Shown here piece by piece: positions 57,076-64,000 of a stretch of DNA of 64,000 nucleotides (position 1 is its first letter; each line of letters opens with the position of its first letter). The notes under the pieces are model-generated. The model was not told the origin of the DNA and searched no databases. It saw only the letters and a list, made by a program, of their open reading frames with translations. The position numbers and the translations under genes were made by a program. Origin of the DNA: an uncultured virus (IMG/VR IMGVR_UViG_3300017719_000001) (Duplodnaviria > Heunggongvirae > Uroviricota > Caudoviricetes); the IMG/VR virus record IMGVR_UViG_3300017719_000001; one strand, written 5' to 3'.

Positions 57076-57553
57076 TTTCCTCCACCTTAATTTCAACTGC
57101 TCCAGCATTATCATCACCTATAGTTACATTACGATAGTATACAATTACTTCGCCTAGTTGACTTATATATCTTTTAATTTCCTGAGTGTTATAAGCCATA
57201 AGCTCATAATCCTCAACTGTCATTGCAACAAAGACAACATCGCCTCCGTGCTGTTTACGCATGGCATCTATAAATTTATCCATGTGTGTATATCCTTCTG
57301 GATACCTATCTTCCCTACCTAATTTACAGTCTGGTTCTTTAGTTTCTGGATTCTTTAAGCAATTCTCAATTACTTTGGCATCAGAAACAACATACCATTT
57401 AGGTTCTTTTAAATTAATACCTCTAGGGAGAGTAGGTTGAACAATATCTATTTTAACAGGTTTTGTTATAATTTCAACTTCTTTAGGCCCTAGTAGAGAA
57501 CAACCACTAATTGTTAAGGCTAGAAATGCGATTACTAATGTTTTCAATCTCAT
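57068..57553 (-). CDS. lipoprotein, o-spanin-like
   Basis: MRLKTLVIAFLALTISGC lipobox; Pro-rich N-term; start embedded in the upstream gene. Confidence 0.7.
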   Translation of the reverse strand: MRLKTLVIAFLALTISGCSLLGPKEVEIITKPVKIDIVQPTLPRGINLKEPKWYVVSDAKVIENCLKNPETKEPDCKLGREDRYPEGYTHMDKFIDAMRKQHGGDVVFVAMTVEDYELMAYNTQEIKRYISQLGEVIVYYRNVTIGDDNAGAVEIKVEENE

Positions 57554-57875
57554 CAAATACCTCCTTAGTTCTCTTATTAACACTTGGTTCAATTAATCCT
57601 GGCTTTGCACTTGCTAGTTTTGCTAGGTTATGTCTTCTAAATATATCTAAATATTCGGACATTTCTTCTTCGTATTGTTGATTTTTTACTTGGAGACCAG
57701 TCAATGCTTTTTGAGTAGTTTCCATGTTTTCTTGTATGGCAACGATTGTTGCCCTTTGCTCGGCATCTCTTACTTCATATGCCTTGTTTAGTTGAACTAA
57801 TTCTAAGTTTTTATTATAGAGGAAATATCCTCCCAAACCCATGACAACAATTATTCCAATCAATATTTTTGACAT
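57507..57875 (-). CDS. i-spanin-like protein
   Basis: N-terminal TM followed by coiled coil; overlaps the lipoprotein gene. Confidence 0.68.
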   Translation of the reverse strand: MSKILIGIIVVMGLGGYFLYNKNLELVQLNKAYEVRDAEQRATIVAIQENMETTQKALTGLQVKNQQYEEEMSEYLDIFRRHNLAKLASAKPGLIEPSVNKRTKEVFDEIENISNRISSLNN

Positions 57876-57878
57876 AAT

Positions 57879-58085
57879 TTAACCTTTTTTAAATTCACTT
57901 ACCTTTTTGGCTTCTGCTGCCTTTCTTCTGGCTAAAATTCTTTCTACAAATTTTCTTCCAGCCTTAGTTCTACCGTCATAAATGTCCTTCTTCTTCTTTT
58001 TAGCATGAGATGCATCTGAAGGCATAGATACACTTGCACCAGTAGCATTGGCAGCAGTTTCCCATACATCCTTAAATTTTTTCAT
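57879..58085 (-). CDS. putative capsid internal protein
   Basis: Starts MKKFKDVWE; YDGRTK motif; basic. Confidence 0.6.
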   Translation of the reverse strand: MKKFKDVWETAANATGASVSMPSDASHAKKKKKDIYDGRTKAGRKFVERILARRKAAEAKKVSEFKKG

Positions 58086-58663
58086 CTTTTAATTTCTCCA
58101 TTTGTAATATACAACTTTAAACCAGTTTTAATATGAGTTACTTCATATATGTTTTGGCTAAACAGCCTATCTACTGGCTCTATAAAATCTGTTACTTCAA
58201 TAATGTCTTTAGGATGAGCAACAACTTCTCCTGTTGTTGGCGATGCAACCTCTTCTGTTAATTTGTACCTTCCAGGCTTTAATCTACTATCTTCTTGGAA
58301 CCAAGTAGATTCTTCAAGCTCTTCTGTACTGTCTAACACCTCCGACATTACCTTTTTAATTTCCTCTTCAGTTAACCCAGTATTTTCTTTAATTAGAAAT
58401 AGAGCAGCTGCATAAGAGGCTAGTTTAGATTTACCGAATGGTAATTTATTCAGTAATCTTTTAATATTAAAAACAAGTCTATGAAATACTGTATATGCAG
58501 ATTTCTCTTCAGGCGTAGTTAATTCCTTTGCCTTTTTTAATACCTTGCCATTTTCATCAATGATGCCTAACTCAAAGGCTTCCATTTGATTCCACTGCTT
58601 GGTTAGAGTTCTAAGAAACCTAAAGGCATAGAATAAATCACCAGTTCTTGATATTAAGCCCAT
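58082..58663 (-). CDS. hypothetical protein
   Basis: LGIIDENG; YTVFHRLVFNIKRL; SYAAALFLIKE. Confidence 0.75.
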   Translation of the reverse strand: MGLISRTGDLFYAFRFLRTLTKQWNQMEAFELGIIDENGKVLKKAKELTTPEEKSAYTVFHRLVFNIKRLLNKLPFGKSKLASYAAALFLIKENTGLTEEEIKKVMSEVLDSTEELEESTWFQEDSRLKPGRYKLTEEVASPTTGEVVAHPKDIIEVTDFIEPVDRLFSQNIYEVTHIKTGLKLYITNGEIKR

Positions 58664-59034
58664 TATAGTTTTCTTAACCTCTCTATTATTTCTGGATCCA
58701 GTGGAACCTCTACTTTTTCGTCTATAGGCAAATAGTTTAAAAACACTAGGAATGGTTTAATATATGTCCAGTGTTGCTCTTCTATTTTAAACCACAACAT
58801 TTTATTTGCGCAGTTTATGCCAAAGACATTATATAATACAATTAAGTGGTTTAATATTAATCTTTCTTGTAAATCTCCATGTGCTTCATAGCGACTTAAA
58901 AGTCTTTTAATATATTTAAACCTACTTACATCTTCTTTAAACTCATCTACATCAACGGCCTCAGGGTTGTTATAATGCTGGGCCGCGTAAAGTTTAAAAT
59001 TTCTATGCGTCAATTCTTCAAATATTTTCATCAT
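58663..59034 (-). CDS. hypothetical T4-like protein
   Basis: YNNP; EFKED..RFKYIKRL; LILNHLIVLYNVFG. Confidence 0.75.
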   Translation of the reverse strand: MMKIFEELTHRNFKLYAAQHYNNPEAVDVDEFKEDVSRFKYIKRLLSRYEAHGDLQERLILNHLIVLYNVFGINCANKMLWFKIEEQHWTYIKPFLVFLNYLPIDEKVEVPLDPEIIERLRKL

Positions 59035-59064
59035 ATATTATATATACCCTTCAAAGGCTAGTGA

Positions 59065-59556
59065 TTAATCTTCCTCAGAATCTGCTTCGTAGTTTTTATC
59101 TACATAGTTAAAGAACTCTTTTCTTTTTTCTTTATCCAGTTCTGAAGGTGATTTAGCACCAAACTTTTTAAGAGCCGCTTGGAAGAAAGCTTGATATTTC
59201 TTTTGCTTTTCTGAAGCTTCATCAACTTCTTCTTCATCTTCTTCTGGCTCTTCTTTTGATTCTTTGGTAATAGTACCATCATCTTTAGCACCAGATTTCT
59301 TTACAACATGCTTGGCCTTAAACTCTTTTTCTTTTTCAGCTTCTGGTTCAGCAACTTCAAGTTTTGGCTTCTCGTGAACCCAACCTTGCTTGTTGTATTT
59401 TTCATGTTCTGCTTCATCCTTAACTGATACTTCATCACCAGTTTTTGGATCATACATTTTATGAGGATATTTCACCTCATCTTCTTTTACTTTACCTTCA
59501 AGTACATCGCTAACAGCTGCAGCAATGCTTAAGGTATCTTTATCATTAATTTTCAT
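59065..59556 (-). CDS. Glu/Lys-rich protein, possibly prohead-processed
   Basis: HKMYDPKTG and YQAFF..ALKKFG..SP modules separated by acidic linkers. Confidence 0.65.
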   Translation of the reverse strand: MKINDKDTLSIAAAVSDVLEGKVKEDEVKYPHKMYDPKTGDEVSVKDEAEHEKYNKQGWVHEKPKLEVAEPEAEKEKEFKAKHVVKKSGAKDDGTITKESKEEPEEDEEEVDEASEKQKKYQAFFQAALKKFGAKSPSELDKEKRKEFFNYVDKNYEADSEED

Positions 59557-59565
59557 TTTTGTCTC

Positions 59566-59865
59566 CTATTGAATGAAAAGCATTCCTGTAATAGCCGTTG
59601 CAGCACCTGCAATTACTATCCAGAATAGTTTATTAATTACGTTTACAGTTTGTGCATTCTCACGCACTAATATTTCTAACCTATCAACTCTATTTATAAC
59701 AGTTAATATTTGTTCACCTTGTTGTTTACCAAATTCTGCCATAGTGGCAATCTTTTCTTCAGCTCTAGCTAAGGAAATAATGGCAGTAGACATTTGATCA
59801 ATCTTCTGCTCAATTCTATCAAGCCTCATGGCCTGTTCAGCTCTTTGTTCACTGACTGTTGACAT
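59566..59865 (-). CDS. coiled-coil protein with C-terminal TM helix
   Basis: RLDRIEQKID..LARAEEK; hydrophobic C-terminus. Confidence 0.65.
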   Translation of the reverse strand: MSTVSEQRAEQAMRLDRIEQKIDQMSTAIISLARAEEKIATMAEFGKQQGEQILTVINRVDRLEILVRENAQTVNVINKLFWIVIAGAATAITGMLFIQ

Positions 59866-60130
59866 ATTTATGTACCCTGCATTTTAATGGTGTAACACCT
59901 TTAATTAATCTATGATATTCCAATTTACTAATATCAAATATCATGCCAGTCTTTAGTAACCAAGGTAAGCAATCCTGTATTTGAAATTGCCAACCTTCGC
60001 CTTCTAGTATCTCTACTTCACGATCCTCCATATCACGATGCCATACAAATTCTGCATCTTCTATGGTTGGGTCAAATGTTCTGATTTCAGCATCTTCCCA
60101 ATACGGTTTACCAAAAGTAATTTCCACCAC
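59849..60130 (-). CDS. cupin-like protein
   Basis: WHRD..DR, GWQFQ, YHRLIKG. Confidence 0.65.
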   Translation of the reverse strand: MVEITFGKPYWEDAEIRTFDPTIEDAEFVWHRDMEDREVEILEGEGWQFQIQDCLPWLLKTGMIFDISKLEYHRLIKGVTPLKCRVHKYVNSQ

Positions 60131-60485
60131 CTTTTAACCCCAAATTTTTAGCATACTTAGGCAGCCTACAAGCCCAATAACCGGGCGATAGTTTATCTGT
60201 CTTAGTATCACAATTATGCCTAGCAGCAAAACTAGCAGCTGCCCCCTTATCATTAATTTTAGATGTTAAACCACCTTTTACGTCACCGAATTCAATCTTT
60301 TTAACATTACCCGTTTTAGGATTTTTAACATATACAACATATTTCTTTTTACCACCAGAGCGTTTTGGTTTATTTAATTCTGGTTGTTTTTCTTCATCAA
60401 TTTCAATCATAGGTTGCTCTAATGGTACATATGCACCTTCATATAACCCAAACCTATCTTGTATATGTTCTAAAAAACTATGCAT
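60108..60485 (-). CDS. hypothetical protein, putative internal protein
   Basis: Starts MHSFLEHIQD; KKYVVYVK; SFAARHNC; GYWAC. Confidence 0.7.
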   Translation of the reverse strand: MHSFLEHIQDRFGLYEGAYVPLEQPMIEIDEEKQPELNKPKRSGGKKKYVVYVKNPKTGNVKKIEFGDVKGGLTSKINDKGAAASFAARHNCDTKTDKLSPGYWACRLPKYAKNLGLKGGGNYFW

Positions 60486-60700
60486 TATCTTTTAATTCCT
60501 AGCAACTGTCTAATCTGCTGAATTTTAGTTTCCATATCTCTAATTTCTGGCTCTATTTTCTTTACTGATCTGCCTTTACTCTTACTGATTAAGTCACTAT
60601 GTTGACTTTCAAAAGAATCCAGTTTTCTTTTTAAATCACTTTTAGCCATACCTTTGTATGGATTTTTAAGTGCTTCTCTGAATTGTTTAAAACTCTTCAT
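60485..60700 (-). CDS. putative capsid internal protein
   Basis: TAATG-coupled start MKSFKQFRE. Confidence 0.65.
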   Translation of the reverse strand: MKSFKQFREALKNPYKGMAKSDLKRKLDSFESQHSDLISKSKGRSVKKIEPEIRDMETKIQQIRQLLGIKR

Positions 60701-61368
60701 TATTTTCCCCTTTGGCTTTTTATCCATTTCATTGCAATGGAATTTTCGGGCGGCTTCGCTGCCCAAGTTTTTATATCTTTATAAGCTTCTAATGTTGAAG
60801 CTTCTATATCAGAACCTTTAGAATTATCTAAAACAATCATACGGTTTCTAAAAAGTCCTTGGAATTTACCAATGTTCTTTTGTACATCTTTCCACATTTT
60901 TTCTACCATCTTATCTGGCAACGAACGGGGCCTTTGATTATTTCTATCTATTGCAGTTTCTAAATCAGTATTAACAAATATCATATGTACTGCATAACCT
61001 AATTCTCTAACTAGATCAACTTGCTTTTTAATCTTAGCATAGTCCTTACCGGTACCATCTACTACAATACCATTTCTTCCCTCTAAAGCCCTAACCATTA
61101 TTTTACCACTAAGTGCCTTCGCACTAGCTCTTACTGCCTGGCCTTGAGCTGATGCAATATCATCTGGATCCAGTGTCAGGCCTGCTCTCTTTAATCCTTT
61201 TTCAAAAGCATCATCTGAATTTATCAATCTAAATCCAAGAGCTTTTAGTGCAGTTTTACCTACAACAAATGATTTACCAGAACCCGGTCCACCTGCTAGG
61301 AATACTGCTTTAAAAATAGAAGGATCATTTACACCTTCCATTATATTAATATGTTCTTTAAAACGCAT
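60700..61368 (-). CDS. P-loop kinase (zeta-toxin/AAA_33-like)
   Basis: FLAGGPGSGKS; INSDD; VVDGTG; RN..RPR lid. Confidence 0.82.
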   Translation of the reverse strand: MRFKEHINIMEGVNDPSIFKAVFLAGGPGSGKSFVVGKTALKALGFRLINSDDAFEKGLKRAGLTLDPDDIASAQGQAVRASAKALSGKIMVRALEGRNGIVVDGTGKDYAKIKKQVDLVRELGYAVHMIFVNTDLETAIDRNNQRPRSLPDKMVEKMWKDVQKNIGKFQGLFRNRMIVLDNSKGSDIEASTLEAYKDIKTWAAKPPENSIAMKWIKSQRGK

Positions 61369-61369
61369 A

Positions 61370-61615
61370 TTACTTTTTCTTTAAGTCATAACGAAATGAC
61401 CTGCCCTTAGTCTGTCCCTTTTTAGTAATTCCATATCCTGCTAATTTAGCAAGGGTTTGTAATACTGGCCAATTCTTCTCTTCCTTTTTCTGTCTGGCAT
61501 TCTTCATCATGTCATCTTTAATTTGCTTAAACAGTGTTGTTGCCATATCAGTATCTGCCATAATTAGTGGTGCTTCATCAACGCTCTTTGTTCTTATATC
61601 TTTAAAAGATTTCAT
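61370..61615 (-). CDS. putative capsid internal protein
   Basis: Starts MKSFKDIR..SVDE. Confidence 0.6.
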   Translation of the reverse strand: MKSFKDIRTKSVDEAPLIMADTDMATTLFKQIKDDMMKNARQKKEEKNWPVLQTLAKLAGYGITKKGQTKGRSFRYDLKKK

Positions 61616-62439
61616 TATCCAAACTCTTTTGCAAAAGTTTTTAAGTCAACAGTTTTAAATGAACCGAATTCATCTGTTACCCTAAATGTGAGTTTACCTT
61701 TATCGTTCATTGGCTTTACAGTATGTGGTCTACCTTTTTTATTTTTTAAACCACTAATTTCTGAACCGTAAATATTTAAACCCTTTGCTTTCGGAGCCTT
61801 GGCTTCTTCAACTTCTTCGTTAGCGTTCTTCATCATATCAGCTAGTTTAGCCAGAATGTCACGATCTTTCTTAGAGATATTCTTCAGCTTTCTATCGTTA
61901 GCCATTTTCTCTAATGAAGCAGCATACGCTTTAGTTGACTCATCAAGGTCAACCGATTCTTTAACCATTTTATCAACTGTCATGCCGCTTTTAAATTTAC
62001 CACCTGACATTGCTTTAGGATACATTTTAGCAATTAAGTCATTATAACCTACAAGGACATTTAATATGTCAGCTTGGATTTCTTTTGTTGAAATACCTTT
62101 AATTACTTTTTTAACTGCACCGAGGTTACCTTGATTTAGTGCCCGAGCTACTGCTTGATAATCTTTCTGGTCTTGGCCTGATTCTTTCTTGGAAAGTCTT
62201 GCTATATTCTTTTGTGCAAGGTCTAATTCTTGAGCATAGTCTTCATTAACAGATTCATTAGCTTGTCTTAACGCATCTTTAACAATAGGATCATCTGATA
62301 AACCCCTTTTCATTGCTTCAATTTTCTTAACGGCCGGAGTCATTGCACCACCCATATCAATAGCAATCTTTACTGCCGCAGCAACAAGGGCCGCGGGATA
62401 TTTACTTTTATACTTTTCTCTTAATTCTTTAAATTTCAT
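61615..62439 (-). CDS. putative capsid internal (poly)protein
   Basis: Starts MKFKELRE; basic modules separated by ESVNE, ESVDLDE, EEVEE. Confidence 0.6.
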   Translation of the reverse strand: MKFKELREKYKSKYPAALVAAAVKIAIDMGGAMTPAVKKIEAMKRGLSDDPIVKDALRQANESVNEDYAQELDLAQKNIARLSKKESGQDQKDYQAVARALNQGNLGAVKKVIKGISTKEIQADILNVLVGYNDLIAKMYPKAMSGGKFKSGMTVDKMVKESVDLDESTKAYAASLEKMANDRKLKNISKKDRDILAKLADMMKNANEEVEEAKAPKAKGLNIYGSEISGLKNKKGRPHTVKPMNDKGKLTFRVTDEFGSFKTVDLKTFAKEFG

Positions 62440-62442
62440 TTT

Positions 62443-63627
62443 TTATCCCTTTACTTTAGCGGCTAGGTCTGCGTCAGCTTTACCCCATGTGCCAGATGAT
62501 TTTGTTGCGAATGAATTAACTCTTGCTAATCCCCATTGAGTTGGATTTGTTCCTGGTCTGTGAGACGATTTCCATGCCTCAAAGCCTCTATCAAATACCT
62601 TCTTTAAAATTGAATAAGGCATTCCTGATTTATCTGCCTTTTTCTGAAGAGCTTTTTTAACATCTGCTTCTTCTAATGCCTGGGCAAAACTTTTCATTTC
62701 CCCAAATTTCTTTTTAAAATTCTTAGTGTGTTTGCTTTTTGGCATATCTTTTCTTGGCTTATCATGTGCTGCTTTTTGTTTAGCATTCATATCGCCGTAT
62801 GCCTTTTCATCTAGCTTCTCTACACTATCTAGCCAGACTTTCTTTTTAGAACCTTCTGATAATGCTAGAGTTAAATAGTTAGCACCACAATTAATAATAG
62901 TACCAATTTTTCCTGAATCATTAATCTTTACTTGTTCTCCAACTTTAAACAGATTGCCTTCTACAAACTTTTCTCTAGTTTCAGATACTTTAGGTAATTC
63001 AACGTGTGTTCTAAATGATTTTGATTCCTTTAAACCCATACCCTTTCTTACTGCATTGAATAACTCGATTGCACCTTTATAACCCTTAGGCATACCTTTT
63101 GAGAAAAGTTTTAAATCATTGGCTTGTGCAGCAGCTCTCATTTTAGAAGCAGACATACCTGAAACATCATCACTATCAGGATCTCTTTCACCAGCAGAAA
63201 CAACTCTAATGTTGCCCTCGAATTGGTAAAAACCGTGTCTTGCCTTAACACCGTTATATTTGTTAAGCAAGATTTCAAATTCTTTTATTCTATCTGATCC
63301 TGCAACCATTGATAATTTAGTAAATCCTTGGTCGTATAACTTAACTGCAACATCAATAACTGTTCTAGTATCAGAGTCAGCCATAATATTACGAGCATGC
63401 TTTGGAAACATCTTGCGTAGAAATTTTACTTTTTCTTTAAAATCTAGGGGATTCTTTTTAGGATCTTGTGATTTAGAAGCATATATTCTATATGTGCCGC
63501 CTCTTGATGCCTTTTTTAAGGCTTCAAACAGCTTCTCATGACCACTTGTAGGTGGGTTAAATCGACCAAATACGATTGTTACATCGCCTCTTGATTCTGT
63601 TACGTAATCACTAAAACTCTTAATCAT
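62443..63627 (-). CDS. cytidylyltransferase-like (HIGH-superfamily) nucleotidyltransferase with C-terminal extra domain
   Basis: FGRFNPPTSGHEKL; KNPL; VAGSDR; SAGERDPD; MSASKMR; C-term AWKSSHRPG..QWGLARVNSF. Confidence 0.85.
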   Translation of the reverse strand: MIKSFSDYVTESRGDVTIVFGRFNPPTSGHEKLFEALKKASRGGTYRIYASKSQDPKKNPLDFKEKVKFLRKMFPKHARNIMADSDTRTVIDVAVKLYDQGFTKLSMVAGSDRIKEFEILLNKYNGVKARHGFYQFEGNIRVVSAGERDPDSDDVSGMSASKMRAAAQANDLKLFSKGMPKGYKGAIELFNAVRKGMGLKESKSFRTHVELPKVSETREKFVEGNLFKVGEQVKINDSGKIGTIINCGANYLTLALSEGSKKKVWLDSVEKLDEKAYGDMNAKQKAAHDKPRKDMPKSKHTKNFKKKFGEMKSFAQALEEADVKKALQKKADKSGMPYSILKKVFDRGFEAWKSSHRPGTNPTQWGLARVNSFATKSSGTWGKADADLAAKVKG

Positions 63628-63982
63628 CTTTTCCCGCATCTCCACCTTTTTTCAATTTAGCTCTATCTTTTGCCTTAATAGATGGCAAGATTTTCTTTGC
63701 AATCTTCTTAATAGCTGCTTTCTTTTTATCGAGCTTCTTTTCTATATCTTGACGAGCGGAAAAGGATAAATCCTCTTTACCACGTTTCTTGAGTATCTTC
63801 TTCAAGAGCATGTTACGTGCTGTTTTTTCTGCTCGTTTTTTGAGTTGTTCGGGGGATGCGAGTTTTTTGGCTGCCTTCTTTCTTCCAAGAGCAATCTTCG
63901 CCTTGTTTTTCTTCATGGCGATTTTCATCTTCATTCTTGTTCGAGCAGAAGCAGCTTCTGTATGTTGCTGAAATGTTAGCAT
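63620..63982 (-). CDS. very basic protein, putative capsid internal protein
   Basis: Starts MLTFQQHTE; Lys/Arg/Ala-rich. Confidence 0.65.
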   Translation of the reverse strand: MLTFQQHTEAASARTRMKMKIAMKKNKAKIALGRKKAAKKLASPEQLKKRAEKTARNMLLKKILKKRGKEDLSFSARQDIEKKLDKKKAAIKKIAKKILPSIKAKDRAKLKKGGDAGKDD

Positions 63983-64000
63983 ATTCTATCCTCGGTTACC

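Noticed and set aside
1186..63971. Many 60-190 aa ORF-track entries antisense to or nested in larger genes (e.g. 1320-1643, 24918-25487, 27560-28120, 35791-36249, 40822-41235)
   Set aside because: Shadow frames of well-supported genes; no RBS or recognisable motifs
1..64000. tRNA, rRNA or tmRNA genes
   Set aside because: Intergenic gaps are short and none showed a cloverleaf with T-loop consensus by eye; a covariance scan was not possible

Overview
64 kb of an AT-rich T4-like myovirus genome, most similar in gene content to marine T4-like phages of heterotrophic proteobacteria (inference). Left to right: tail-fibre genes, including an 1830-aa fibre with an S74 chaperone and a VrlC-like protein; the baseplate module (gp8, 7, 6, 25, 5, 27-like, 53, 48, then on the + strand gp4, 2, 54, 26/51 and tape measure); gp32, gp59, dsbA and gp33; an early region of small ORFs, several with their own T4-early-type promoter; a late-promoter operon of two small membrane proteins, CsgF, CsgG, two curlin-like proteins, a FecR-domain protein and a CHASE2 adenylate cyclase; endolysin; auxiliary and DNA-metabolism genes (HAD nucleotidase, peroxiredoxin, exonuclease, PhoH, RNase H, GIY-YIG nuclease, NrdC/B/A); a spanin-like pair with a class 3 lipase; and a run of genes beginning with a T4 internal-protein-like capsid-targeting peptide. 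Most notable: (1) the curli secretion + FecR + cAMP cyclase operon, (2) a candidate -1 frameshift fusing gp26 to gp51 upstream of the tape measure, (3) putative capsid-packaged enzymes, (4) late promoters placed to give leaderless mRNAs. All calls come from motif recognition by eye; no searches were run.
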